Assembly (NCBI GenBank): GCA_025558095.1
Contig: JAIVFI010000029.1
Span: 496,001 to 560,000, forward strand
Direction: 5' to 3'
Source of the DNA: Hyaloraphidium curvatum SAG 235-1
Lineage: Eukaryota; Fungi; Monoblepharomycota
DNA: 64,000 bases
Below are positions 1-11,673 of the stretch, piece by piece (position 1 is the first letter of the stretch; each line of letters starts with the position of its first letter). Position numbers and translations under genes: made by a program. The notes beneath the pieces are model-generated. The model was not told the DNA's origin and searched no databases. It was given only the letters and a program-made list of their open reading frames with translations.

Positions 1-4
1 CGTC

Positions 5-1578
5 ATGTGGAAGCTGCTCAAGGCCGTCGGGCTGGCAGGTGACAAGAAGATCCAGGTTGGCGAAGCGAGGCCGCTAGGACATCTCGAAACACGACTGATC
101 CTCCCTCCAGCGAATGGCATTCGAGGAGCAGCCGCAGTACCTCCTCCCCGAGGACGTCCCCGAAGCCCTCCGCGACGACCAGGACGTCGGCACCGTCCCC
201 CCCCCCCCCCGCCAAGCTCTCCGGCCCCCGCGGCCCGGCGTACCTCCTCGCGCACCACATCAAGGCGGTCGACGTGTCCTCCGAGGCCGAGATCTGGGAC
301 CGCGTGGGCGGGGTGATGTCCTCGGACCCGTTCGACCCCGAGCTCGCGCTGTGGAGCATCAGGATATACCGCGGCGAGGGCGGGCACAGGAACGCGGTGG
401 TGTTTGGGATCAGCCACATCGTGGGGGACGGCATCTCGCTGATGAAGCTGGCCACGTCGTTCTTTGCCGAGGCGGGCACGGGGAAGCAGCTCAAGTTCAC
501 GCCCCCGCCGAGGTGGAACCCGACCTTCAAGTCGTGGGCCGAAAGAATTGGGTTCTTCCTCGCCGACGCGTGGTACATGGTCAGGGCCTTCACGCGCGTC
601 GCGGGGTTCCTCTTTGGGGCGGACACCAAGACCGAGATCAAGTGCGGAGTGGGTCGCTCCCTGCCCCCCCTGGGATGAAATCTCACGCTCTTCCGGTGCC
701 AGTACTACCCGGACTACAAATACGTCCCCACGCGGCGCTGCGTGCAGTTCCGTCCCATCCCCTTCGACGTCCTCAACAAGGTGCGCGAGCTCGCCCAGGG
801 CAAGCTCGGCTCGACGCGCAAGCCCACGATCCACGACGTGCTGCACTCGCTGTTTGCCGGGGCCATCGCGGCGTACCTGGAGGAGAGGAAAGACGAGGGG
901 TTCAGGAAGGCCGGGAAGGGAGCGCTGGTGCGGATTTGGACGCCTTTCATGGTGGGTTCCTGCGCGCCGTGGCCACCCCCAGCGCCGGCTGATCGGTACC
1001 CGCAGTTCCCCCACCCCGACTTTTCCCAAGACCCTTCGGACGACCTCCACAACATGTGGTCCATGTCCTCCACCGCGCTTCCCGTCACGGAGCCCGACCC
1101 GCTGCGCCGCCTCGCGAACTCGCAGCGGGTCAACTCGAACCTGCTCCGCTCGGGGCACGACGCTCGTGCCGTGATGATGACGCAGCGGTGGTTCTCGACG
1201 CTGTTCGGGTGGGAGATCCAGGGGATCATCAACCTGAGGTTCGCGCGGTCGCTGCTTCCCGCACCGACATCGTCTCACCTCCGCGTTTCCCGCAGGGCCA
1301 CCACCGCCCACACCCTCACCTGGTCCAACGTCCCCGGCTTCTCCCGCACCCCCATTGCCGTGTATGCCCCCAATGGCGGCCCCCTTCGCACCGTCGACGA
1401 CGCCGTCTTTGTCCTGTCGGCGCCCACCCCCTACGTGACGAGCCATTCCTACGCGGGCAGGCTGAACACGGTGATGATCGCGGATCCGGGGCTGGTCAAG
1501 GACATGGAGAGGTTCGGGGAGCTGTTCTACGAGGGGTTCAGGGAGCTCGCCGGGTGCGTCGGCGTGGAGGTGGAGTGA
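5..1578 (+). CDS. Wax ester synthase/diacylglycerol acyltransferase (WS/DGAT)-like protein, multi-exon, possibly 5'-truncated
   Basis: Catalytic-like motif 'SHIVGDGISL' (HHxxxDG variant), 'TIHDVL', and C-terminal 'TWSNVPG...SHSYAGRL'. Introns at 56-110, ~649-702 and ~1240-1295. Frame change at the C-run ~196-208. Confidence 0.7.
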
Positions 1579-1779
1579 GCGGGCAGGCGCAACGAGAAAG
1601 GAGGGGTGCTGGGCCACGGGAAGGAAGCTGTCGTGCGCTTCGCAACAAGGAACAAGGGCATGTAGGACTATCAAACAATCGTGGAAGTTCGCCTCTACTC
1701 TAATGATGCTTTTCGATCCGACAACTTATCGATACATCATCTCTTTCCGACAAAGCCAAGATCTGCTGCGGGCCGGCGA

Positions 1780-2823
1780 TCACCACCCGGGCTCGGTGCA
1801 CGCATCCCCCTTCCAACCGACGATGCAGACGCAGGTGCCGCCGACGCACCGGCCGGTGGCCCAGTGCACGCCCTCGCCGCACCCGGCGGGGCATCCCGTG
1901 CCCGAGTCGGACTCGAAGGTGGGGGCGGGGGCGGAGGTGGGGCGGCGGTAGCGCGTGCGGGTGTTGGCGGGAGCCGGGGCGGGGGCGTCGGGTTGCGGGG
2001 CGGGGGCGTCGGGCTGGGGCTGCGGGGCCGAGGGCGGTTGCGGGGAGGGAGCGGGCTGCGGCTCGGGAGTGGGTGCGGGAGCGGGCTGCTGGGGAGCAGG
2101 AGCGGAGCCGCAGAAGCTGTCGACGGAGAAGAGGATCAGCGGGTGACGATCGAAGGCGCCGGCGGAGACCCACGACCAGGTCACAGGCATCCGGCCAACG
2201 CCGAAGTCAGCCAGCTGCGAGAACACGGAGGGAGTCATATCGATGTCGCCCGAGGCGCAGCCGTCGCAGCTGGGATTGGAGGGTTGTCAGCGCGGTCGGA
2301 CGCCCCGTCGGCGCGCAAACGCACCGGTCCTGCAGCGTGCAGCTCGCCGAGCGGCCTTGGTACGAGATGGTAATGCACGACCCGCACAGCGAGTTGCGGT
2401 TCGGGTTGCCGCCGGGCGTGTAGGGGTCGAAGTCGGCGCCTGCGGATGGGGCGAGTCAGCGAGAAGCCACCGGGCGGTTGGGGGCAGCACGGACCGGAGA
2501 TGGCGCAGATGGCCTGCGAATCGTAGACGGGGGTGCCGCAGGCGCCGAGACCGCCGTTGCCGTTGTACCTTAGGGGCAGGGAGTTGAGAAAATAGAGGGG
2601 GAAGACGGACGGAAACGAACCAAGTGCCGGAGCCCGACGCCCGCTTCTCGAGGCCCGAGGCGCCGAGGGAGTTCACGACGTTGGCGTCTGCGAGTGCGGA
2701 AGATGGTGAGCAGTTGTTGCTTCCGGTGAGGCAGCGGAACCCACGGCCGGTGTGGACGGCGGCGGCGTCGGCGAGGGCCGCGGTGGCCAAGACGGCGAGG
2801 GCGACGGCCGCGGCGGAGCGCAT
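1780..2823 (-). CDS. Secreted expansin-like/loosenin (RlpA-like double-psi beta-barrel) protein with Pro-rich linker and C-terminal EGF-like domain
   Basis: Signal peptide MRSAAAVALAVLATAALA. Spliced DPBB motifs 'GTWYNGNGGLGACG', 'NSLCGSCITISY', 'QDRC..CASGDIDMTPSVFSQL'. PQP-rich linker, then 'CPAGC...GRCVGGTCVCIVGWKGDAC'. Confidence 0.75.
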
Positions 2824-3109
2824 CTCGGCGGTTTTGACGTGCTGGCGGTGGAGTAGCAGCAGAGCGCTCTGTGGTGCGTCCGAGAGGCGCGTCAGAGGTG
2901 TGGCCGCGCCTCGCCGGCGAGTCGGGGGTCAGCCCCCACGTCAGCACCGAAACCGACGCCAGTGGAAGCCCTCGCATCATTCCCGATCCGTCCGATCGCC
3001 CCACAAACAAACAAATCTCGAGCCCAGGGCGGCTATATCTGCCCCAAAATCATCAGACCACGCCGTTCCATCACTCATTTCGCCCATCACACGCTCAGCC
3101 GCCGCCGCC

Positions 3110-3843
3110 ATGCTCCCCCGCGCCCTCCCGCTCGTCCTCGCCCTCCTCGCCCTCCTCCCGGCCGCCTCGGCAGACGTCATGGTGTGCCTCGTCAACAACC
3201 TCCGCGCGCGATACGGCGTGCCCCCGCTCGGCGTCTCTTCGGCGCTGCAGGCCGTCGCGTACAAGCAAGCGGCCGACATGGCGCGGATGGGCGCGACGAC
3301 GCACTCGGGCGGGTGGGTAGCGGGTGCCATGCTGGACAACCTTCCGATGTGCGAATGCTGATTGCCGTGCACTTCGCAGCGACGGATCGGACCCGATCTC
3401 GCGGCTGCAGGGCCTCGGCTTCAGCAAAATGGGCGAGAACGTCGCGGGCGGGCAGACGACCGCCGAATGGGCCGTCGGTGGGCACGCCATTACCGATCGC
3501 CGGATGCAAGCATGCTGATCGCGGACGTGCGACGCAGACTCGTTCTTCAACTCGCCCGGGCACCGCGCGTCCATGCTCGACCCCGGGTTCACGTGCTTCG
3601 GATCGGCCAATGTCGGGGACAAGTGGGCTCAGGGTGGGCACGCAGCGGGTCAGCAACGATGGCGATCGTCGCTTACTCGTCTTCGGTCCCACAGAGTTCG
3701 GCGGAGGCGTCTACTGCCCCCCTCCCTCGTGCGGCGGATGGCGCCGCAACAGGCGCAGAGCGGACGAGGACTTGCCGGAGCCGTTCGTGGCCGAGTTCGG
3801 GCCTGCGGCCGAGGCGGATGCGAAGGAGGATGACTCTTCTTGA
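3110..3843 (+). CDS. Secreted CAP/SCP (PR-1-like) domain protein, 4 exons
   Basis: Signal peptide, 'LVNNLRARYGVPPL', 'THSG', 'GENVAGG', 'NSPGHRASML', 'KWAQEFG' joined across three short introns. Confidence 0.8.
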
Positions 3844-4064
3844 TTGAGTGGGCAACACTTGGGCTTGGATGTGATTGGACTTCGTCTGGAGAGTTAGAGA
3901 GAGTGGGACCTAGATCGAGCTTTCGTAAACGGCAATGGCCGAGCTATAGACAGGACTTTGTCAAATGATCGCGGACCTCTTGCTCGTCCGACGTTGCTTT
4001 GTTCGCTTCACGATGCTGTCGACCGAAGCGTGTCTTCCCCTCTCCCAATCAGATACACCCCACC

Positions 4065-5694
4065 TCACGCCGGGCACGGGACGTCAAGCACAACCGACAC
4101 CCCCGCACCCCTCAGCACGCTCCACAACCCCACGCCCAGCGTGAACAGCGTGATCGCACACGTCCTCGCCGTATCGTACCGCACCACGAACCCCGCGAAC
4201 CGCGCCTCGCACCCGTCCGCCGCGGCGTACGATAGCATCACCTCGGCGTGGCGCGCGAGCGCAGCGGCGGCTGGGGTCTGCGAGAGGCCCAGCGCCGACG
4301 CGCGGGCGAGCAGCTGCTGGGATTCGCGGGCGGCGCGGCGGAGGAGGGAGGAGGCGGCGCTGACCTGCGAGTTGGAGGAGGCGAAGTTGACGAGGTCGGT
4401 GAAGACGAGGAGGAGGCCGTAGGAGAACTGGAAGAAGAGCCAGGCAGGGATGCAGGAGCCCGAGATCTGGTGTGGGCGGGGTGTCAGGTGACCAGGAGCC
4501 GTGCCAGGCTCTGAAGCGCCGAGACACCCACCATGACCACAATGGCGATAGTGAACGGCATCAGGAGGTAATTCCGCAACACGTGCGGCGTGGCCGATCG
4601 GCTAGGGAACCGGTTCCGCCAAAGGACGTCGAGCCTCTCGCAAAGGTCCTCGTACGGTTCCGTACCGGCGTCAACGCTTACGCCATTGAATATGGCTGAT
4701 TCGTAGCAGTTACAGGGAGAGGAGGGAGGTGAGCGCCAGCCGGAGGCCGCGGCAATGGAGCCGCAGGCCGAGGCGTAGGGAGGAGATGTTGCTACCTGCG
4801 ACTGCGATCGCAGGCAGGAAAGGATGCCCAACTGCCGAGACGGCTTCAAAAGCTCTTCAGGGACGAGATTCGAGCATCGTGACGCCATGCACCTACCAAT
4901 GATCGCTGCAAAGAAGGCAGACCATCCCGTTGTCCAGGTCTGCGGGCCAAAGGTGACCATCGCGGTGTACCCCATGAGGATGAATCCTACAAGGAGGATC
5001 AGGTACCGCGCTGCAATGTCCAGCCAGCGCAGGCTGACAGCGGGGCCGACGAGGGAGCCGCCGCAGGAGGCTTGGAAGCACGGGCACAAGGGGTCATTCT
5101 CCTGGTGGCGCACCAGCGGAGACCCTTCGGGCAGCTGGCGCCAGCGGGCGAAAGGGGCGAACGGGAGGGAGCCCAGGTCGCCGCCTTTCGTGGAGAATGT
5201 CCGCCGCCGGACGAGCGAGCGTGAGAACGAAAGGATCGTCAGCCAAAGTATGCCCGCGACGGAGAGGCCTCCGCCGATGGCCAAGTTGCGCACGCCGAAC
5301 GTGCCGGCCGTAGAATCGAAGACGAAGCAGGCCGCAAGCGCCCCACCAAAGCCGCCGTCTGGATAAGTATCCACCACTTGATCCCTGCGTTCCAGATTGG
5401 TACGAAGAGCAGCTGCAGCCGCGCCAGGATCCGGAGCCCCGGGAATGGGGCGAGCCCGCGCAGGAGCGCGTCCGCGGTGAGCGGTTCGGCCTCCCGGAGC
5501 TCGGCAGCCGGGTCGGGAGCCACCTCCGCGGGCAGCAAGTAGTCTGGAGCGGGTTGCGCCACGGGAAACATGGCGAGGAGCTCCGCACCCGAGAAGAAGG
5601 GGGGCGCGGCGGTGGCGGCGGGGGACGCGACTGGCGCTCCGTCCACGGGCCGTTCCGTCCCGGCCTGGGCCGCGGATCCTTCTTTGAGCTCCAT
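4065..5694 (-). CDS. Polytopic (~7 TM) membrane protein, gustatory-receptor-like/7TMIC candidate; two apparent frameshifts
   Basis: Seven hydrophobic segments reconstructed over the exons. C-terminus 'ARFAGFVVRYDTARTCAITLFTLGVGLWSVL'. Frame breaks at ~5341 and ~4715, both in short homopolymers. Confidence 0.55.
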
Positions 5695-5842
5695 TTTGTC
5701 CCGCGGGATCACGCCCGAACGGTGGCCCCGGCGTTCTGGGCGTGGGAGTTCTGGGCCGTCTGCTAGCTGGAGCCTCAAGGTCTCTCATCCTCTGCCACAT
5801 CAGTCTCATCAGCCCAGGTCATCTTCCATCCATCTAATTGGA

Positions 5843-7432
5843 TCACCCCCTGAACCCCTGCCTCCGCATCTCCCCCTCCATCCACCTCGCCATCACCCAC
5901 CCAAAGAGCAGCGCACCCGGCAGCAGCACCATCCCCGCCCTCAAGAGCCACCCTCTCACCCACACGGCGGCCAGAAAGCACATCGCCCCCGCGATCCACC
6001 CCGTCCGCGCGCCGTAGGGCGGGGGGAGGAACCACGATGCCCAGCCGAGGATGGAGGCGGCGAGCGGGCGGCCCGAGCGGGAGAGGAGGAGGAGGAGGGC
6101 AAGGAGGAGGAGCTCGCCGAGGAGGCGGGGCCACCGGATCGTGCGGCGGGTCGCGGCGGCGTGCTGTTCGCGCGCGGTGGAGGCGTGGGACCAGAGGTCC
6201 CGAATGCGGAGGAGCACCGCCTCGGCGTCGGGTTCCACTTCGGGGCCCCGGTCGCCGCCGGGGAGGCGGTGCTCCTCCCTCCTGCGGCGGAGGTACTCCA
6301 TCCACGCGGGATCGGCGGCCGACGCCTCGGCGAGCTCGAGCGGGGTCTGCCCGTCCCCGTTCTTCGCCACGGCGAGGTCCGCCCACGCGGGACCGGCGGC
6401 CTGCAATACGATGTGCACCGCGCGAGGGTCCAGGAAGCGCGCGGCGTAGTGCAGCGCGTTGTTACCGCCGCCCCAGTCCTCTCCCGCGTCGGATCGGAAG
6501 TTCAATTCCAGACCCAGGGTCGCGTACGAGCGCGTGCGCATGGCCACCGCGACGGGGTTGTCCGCGAGCCTGAACTCGTCCTCCGGTTCGGGCGGCGGCG
6601 GTGCGCCGCCGAAGCTCCGCGCCACGTCGTGCTCCGCCTCTTCCCGAGGGGTCCGTTTGTACGTCTTCTGCGGGTGGTTGGCCTGCCGCCTGGCCGAGAT
6701 CTCTTTCTCGCGCTCGCGGAGGCGCTCCTCGAACCGGGCGCGCCGCTCGGCAGCCGCTTCGCGCTGCTCGCGGGCGAGCCGCTCGCGCTCCATGCGCCGG
6801 GCTTCCTCCTCGAGGTGGCGGAGGGCCTCGTCGGTGGAGTCGCGCCGCTTGCCCCGCCGGCGCCGGCCGCCCTTGGTCTGCTGCGGTTCCGGTTCCGGAT
6901 CCTCTTCCTCCTCCGAATCTTCCGCAGTTCTGCTCTCCGACGGCCCGCCATTGTCCTCCTCTCCCCCACTGCCCTCCAGCGCCCTCAGACACGCGTCCTT
7001 TGCCCTCCCCAGCGCAAGAAACCGCTCGTGGGCCCCCGGCGACGGGTCCCGGTCCGGGTGCACGGCCAGCGACGCCTTCCTGTACGCCGAATTGACCTCG
7101 GCCGCGGTGATTTCCCCCCTGGGCCGGTCGGCGAGCCCCAGGAGCTCGAAAGGGTCGCCCTCGGGTTCGGGCTCCGGCGGGGGAGGCGGGCCGAACGACG
7201 CGTCCTCCGCGCTCCCCCCCGCGCCGGCTCGAGGGAAAAGGCCATCGAGCGCGTCCTTGACCAGGACAAACAGCAGAATGGGGATGGGCGCGAGAACGCG
7301 GATCACGGACCAAAGCGTGTCGCGGAACCCGGAGCCGCCGCCGTCCTCGGGGGGGAAATGCCGCGCGTCGAAATCGAAGGTGAATGGCTGGGAGGGGCGA
7401 CGGCGCGGGCCGCGGTTGCGGCCGCGAGCCAT
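5843..7432 (-). CDS. J-domain (DnaJ) protein with ankyrin-like repeat and C-terminal transmembrane helices
   Basis: Single 529-aa ORF. 'DPFELLGL...EVNSAYRKASLAVHPDRDP' (HPD motif). 'GNNALHYAA...KNGDGQTPLELA'. Hydrophobic C-terminus. Confidence 0.75.
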   Translation of the reverse strand: MARGRNRGPRRRPSQPFTFDFDARHFPPEDGGGSGFRDTLWSVIRVLAPIPILLFVLVKDALDGLFPRAGAGGSAEDASFGPPPPPEPEPEGDPFELLGLADRPRGEITAAEVNSAYRKASLAVHPDRDPSPGAHERFLALGRAKDACLRALEGSGGEEDNGGPSESRTAEDSEEEEDPEPEPQQTKGGRRRRGKRRDSTDEALRHLEEEARRMERERLAREQREAAAERRARFEERLREREKEISARRQANHPQKTYKRTPREEAEHDVARSFGGAPPPPEPEDEFRLADNPVAVAMRTRSYATLGLELNFRSDAGEDWGGGNNALHYAARFLDPRAVHIVLQAAGPAWADLAVAKNGDGQTPLELAEASAADPAWMEYLRRRREEHRLPGGDRGPEVEPDAEAVLLRIRDLWSHASTAREQHAAATRRTIRWPRLLGELLLLALLLLLSRSGRPLAASILGWASWFLPPPYGARTGWIAGAMCFLAAVWVRGWLLRAGMVLLPGALLFGWVMARWMEGEMRRQGFRG

Positions 7433-8361
7433 TTTGAGGAGGGTGGAGAAGGACGCGGCGGATGGAGTGACGGCGGGAGCCGAGCATGAGGCTGTTCCCG
7501 GACTCCGATATGGTTACCCAGCCGATTCATTAGGAATGGCAGGGAGCCTTGATGTCTGAGCTACAATCTGTCTCGGAGAAGGGAGGAATGCTCGGCCAGT
7601 CGGCTTCACCTCCTGAAATGGTCGCGCCCAGTTGGGTTGGTCAATCCCATCCCGTGGATACCGAACTTCAGAAGCTGCACCATCTACGGACTTCCAGATG
7701 AGAGCTCGATGATCCAATTGTGTGGATTCCTCCTTTCCTTGCCACGGCACGCCGAAGGCGGTCCGATGCCTACTCCAGGGTCACAGAACGCGTCTCGAGA
7801 ACTGCTCCAGGCATTGGCATCGCGAGCACATCATTGACAGTTGCCCTTCTCGCCCAGCCCATATCTCCCACGCTGTGCTGGGGGAGACACGGCCCCGGGC
7901 TTCTCCGACCGGGTATGATCACCGTCCGCGACGCCATCCCAGGGCAGATTCAAGCCCATCGCTCTCCGACGTATTTCCGAGGGGGTCTCTTGTCAACAGT
8001 GGCTCACCCAGTGGCCCGATTCCCCGCGCGACGTCGGGCGGACAGTCGGACACCAGCCCGCGACGCCGAGTCGCACAACTCCCGGCGCAACGCCCTTGCC
8101 GTTGGAGCAGCACCGCCTCGGACGTGCGGGCCTTCCGATTTCTCGGGCGAACTTCCGAGCGCCCGCGGCCCGGGAGGCAGAGCGCTTCGCCGGCGTCGGC
8201 AGCGTCCCGACTTCGCCCTGACTAAGAACGCGGTGGAACTCCGCCGAAGTCCCCACCCTCGGAGGCACTGAGCGGGAGACCCCGTGCCTCCCACCCCTCG
8301 GCGCCCTCGCTGCCCTCCGGACTCGCCCCCGCACGCTCTCCCACCCCGCCCACGGCGCGCA

Positions 8362-9007
8362 ATGTCGCCGCTCGGCCCCTCCTCCGATGCCCTCCCGGCC
8401 CTTCCCCCCCGCTCGGTCCTGCGGCTGGACAAGCGGTTCATGAACACCCCCGAGTCGGTGGGTGATCCGAACTTCCCCACTTGTCCGCTTGGCGCTGACC
8501 GGCCCGCTCCGGAAGGCCGCCATCATTCTCACGCTCTTCGTCGTCGGCGTCCTTGCCGCCATTTTCACGGCCGTCTACATCTACCTCAAGGTACGTCTCC
8601 TACCGCCTCCTGAGTCGCTGTGAGACTGATCGTTGGCCCCGCGGGGACACCAGGGCTCCCCCATGCGCCGCAAAAAGTGGCACAAGTTCTTCTGCCCCTG
8701 CGTGCCCCTCTCCGCCGTCGGCCTGGACGGCGCCGACGACCCGGACGCCAAGGTGTACAACGGTTACGGCGAGGAGCTCGTGCGGCCGCCGCCGGCGGCG
8801 GTGGACAAGACGATGTGGGGTGAGGTGGACGGGAGCAAGATGACGGCGGACGAGGCGATCGAGATGATGAACAGGACGGCGGCGGAGAAGGGCGTCACCG
8901 TCAGGGCGGAGATGGTGGTGCCGGATTCGGTCAAGGCCATCGAGCTGGCGCAGGAGGTGCTGCCCGTGGTGCCGGGGACAAAGGTGGCCCCGGACGCCAA
9001 TGCGTGA
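8362..9007 (+). CDS. Small single-pass membrane protein, unknown function
   Basis: Spliced model with TM segment 'AAIILTLFVVGVLAAIFTAVYIYLK', then an intron and the codon-biased ORF 8633..9007. Confidence 0.45.
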
Positions 9008-9257
9008 GCCACATACCGGCAGAGCTGCTGCTGGCGAGCTTTCGAACATTCTCTGCTCCAAGGGAGCGAGCACACGGGGACCGGATAGACCTGCGACACG
9101 AGACAAGACACGATCACGTATCGACGCCCCACCAGGGGCGCCAGTGTAGACACGCCGTTGGTTCCAATGACTATTGCTATTGCCATGCTTTCTCCGCCTT
9201 CTTTGCCCTTGCTTCCCCTCATCTCGCGCATTCTTCCCCGATCCGAGTCCCCGAGTG

Positions 9258-9640
9258 TCAGATCACACGGAACAGGTTCTTCCGGACGCCCCTCGGCAGC
9301 CCAGGCATCTCGCCGGCCTCCATTTCCACGCCCGAGATGCCGCCGTCGCGGTCCTGGAGGGCGGCGAGGAGGGCCGCGTCGCGGGCCATGGCGGTGACGG
9401 TGCTTTCGTCCCGAGCGGGCGAAGTGGCGTCGGAGGGGGGTGGGCCGGTGTCCCCGTGCTGTTCTACCAGGGTGTGGGAGGCCGAACGCTCGGACGGTCC
9501 CGAGTCGTCCGTGCCTCGGGCGGCCCCCGTTGTTGCGGTGCCGCGGGCAACGTCGGCCTCGAATTGACGGGCCCGCGCCGGCGCGGGCTCGGACGACCGC
9601 ACGTCCGTACCCACCTCTTCGCCGTCGTCCGCGTCGCCAT
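9258..9640 (-). CDS. Small hypothetical protein, C-terminus resembles a conserved small fungal protein
   Basis: Ends 'DRDGGISGVEMEAGEMPGLPRGVRKNLFRVI*'. Start is uncertain (ATG at 9640 plus a short intron). Confidence 0.4.
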
Positions 9641-9824
9641 CGTCCGGATGGGGAGAAGCCGGAAAGCTCGCGGAACGCGGGGCGGCATCTCAAAGTCGGC
9701 AGAGCAATGCGGTGACTCGGCGCGGCTGCCTTTCGAGTCCCGGAGCCGCCTCCGACGGCAGCGCAACCACGGCTCCTTCTACCCTCCACCATCCAAGCCG
9801 ATCCAATTCCGACGGCAGCCGCCT

Positions 9825-10193
9825 GCAACGCGGATCTTCAACGGCGGCATCGTGGTCGAGGGCCAGCAAGGACATGGGCGCGCCGCACTTTGGCGCCGTC
9901 CTTACGTCCTTCCCTCGAGGCCCGGCGCGTTCGTGTACAAGGAGGTGCAGATCAACGTGCCTTTCGAGCAGGCGCAGCCGGGGATCCTCGGCAAGACGTG
10001 GCTGGCGGGGCTGGGGACCAACACGCTGGGGGGCATCTACGCGTTCGACAGTGTCGAGAATGCGGTCAGGTTTTCGAACGAGTATTTCCCGACCGAGGCC
10101 AGGGCGTTCAACGTGGCGTTCACGGCGAGGGTGTTTGATGCGGCGTGGGTGGAGGAGGCGAGCAGGGAGATGGGGTCGCCGTTCTTCGCCTGA
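9825..10193 (+). pseudogene. Relic of a tandem-domain YdhR-like (dimeric alpha/beta barrel) putative monooxygenase
   Basis: 'QPGILGKTWLAGLGTNTLGGIYAFDSVENA...ARVFDAAWVEEASREMGSPFF' is preceded by a frameshifted copy of the same domain end, 'TRIFNGGIVVE/ASKDMGAPHF'. No intact 5' half. Confidence 0.55.
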
Positions 10194-10581
10194 GGACGCT
10201 CGCGTGGGTGACCAAAAGTTCCTTTTGAACTTTGGTTGAATTTATTGGGGATCAAGCATGCTTTCAATGCCGTCCGCGTCGGGCCGAAACCCGGCCACTT
10301 CGGACCGTGAACCAGCCCGAATCGAGGGATGCCGAGCCCCGGCCCGTCCGAGGGATCCCGGTTCGCAGGACGGAAGCGGCCTGCTCTGCATTTGAATTTC
10401 GACGGGACGAAAATCCACATCTAAGTGCTGGCCGCGCGTGGCCGGCCGCTTTGGAGCGGCGAACATCGCCACGCTGCGGCGTTTTCGGCCTAGCTGCCAA
10501 TCAAGGGACGGGAGTTCGAAAAGCACCCGGACCGCCTTCGCCCGAGGAGACCCTGCCGCCTGCTTCAGCTCCCGCGCCGCG

Positions 10582-11673
10582 ATGTTCCGGCGGCTGCCAG
10601 CAGCTGGCGCGCTCGTGCTTGCGGCAATGGGGGCGCTCAACGCCGCCCGCGGCCCCTCCTGCGCGGCCGCCTTCGGGCCGCACATCCGCGCGCCGCGGCT
10701 GTTCCGCGCGCTGGACGGCGACAACGCGCGGTGCCCCTCGCCGGACTTTGCCCGCGAGGCGCTGCGCGGGGCCGCGGACGGCGGGCTCGTCGTGCTCGTC
10801 GGCTGCAATAAGGGATACGGGCTGGCAGGCGCTCTGGGCGTCCTGGCGCCGCGGCACAGCATAGTCAACGGCGCACAGTGGCTCGATGCGCTCCCGGAAT
10901 CCGTGTCCCAGCCGAGGGGCGCGTGCGACGACGCCGGCGACGTCTACGTCCCCCTGGAACCCCCCCCCTCCCGCACACCGGACGTGTTCTGCTTTGACCC
11001 CGTCGACGGCAACACCCTCGCCGTCCGCGCAGCCCTCGCAAACCTCACCTCCTCGCTCCCATCGATCCGCATCGAGACCGCCGCCTTCTCCGACACACCC
11101 CGCGGCCCCGGCCCGCACACCGCCACCTTCCCAGGTTGTGCCCCGGGCCTCGAGACCTGCGGCTTCGGCATCCCGCACGATCCTGCGTTCCCGCCTTCCC
11201 CCCCTCCGGGGCCGCCCGTGCCGCTCACGTCCGTCGACGCCTTCCTCGCGACTCAGCCTCCCGATACCCGCATCGCATTTCTGAACATCGACACCGAGGG
11301 CCACGACCCCGCCGTGCTCCGCGGCGCCTCACTCGCCCTCTCCTCCGGCCGCGTGGACGCCCTGCGGTTCGAGTTCCACTCGATCGGGCTGTGGGCGCGG
11401 CAGCGCCTCCTGCCGATCGTCCGCGGGCTCGCGCGGAGCAACATGACCTGCTACTTCGCCTCCCGCGCCGGACGCGCGTACCACCTCGACCCGTGCGCGT
11501 GGGCGGACGAGTGGGAGGACAAGCGGTGGAGCAACGTCGTGTGCGCGCGGGAGGGGACCGGGTTCGGGAGGTGGCTGGCGGGGAGGAGGGTGGCGGAGGG
11601 GGACGCTGATGGGATCGCGGCGAGGGAGGGTGTGAAATGGATCGGGGGAGGAGCGCAAGACAGTGCGGGGTGA
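10582..11673 (+). CDS. FkbM-family (Methyltransf_21) SAM-dependent methyltransferase, intronless, N-terminal signal/anchor
   Basis: 'LVGCNKGY' motif I, 'VFCFDP', 'TSVDAFL', 'FLNIDTEGHDPAVLRGA', 'LRFEFH'. Confidence 0.75.
   Translation: MFRRLPAAGALVLAAMGALNAARGPSCAAAFGPHIRAPRLFRALDGDNARCPSPDFAREALRGAADGGLVVLVGCNKGYGLAGALGVLAPRHSIVNGAQWLDALPESVSQPRGACDDAGDVYVPLEPPPSRTPDVFCFDPVDGNTLAVRAALANLTSSLPSIRIETAAFSDTPRGPGPHTATFPGCAPGLETCGFGIPHDPAFPPSPPPGPPVPLTSVDAFLATQPPDTRIAFLNIDTEGHDPAVLRGASLALSSGRVDALRFEFHSIGLWARQRLLPIVRGLARSNMTCYFASRAGRAYHLDPCAWADEWEDKRWSNVVCAREGTGFGRWLAGRRVAEGDADGIAAREGVKWIGGGAQDSAG

Noticed and set aside
7500-8300. Lower-GC intergenic stretch with short ORFs
   Set aside because: No recognisable RNA gene, terminal repeats or protein motif.
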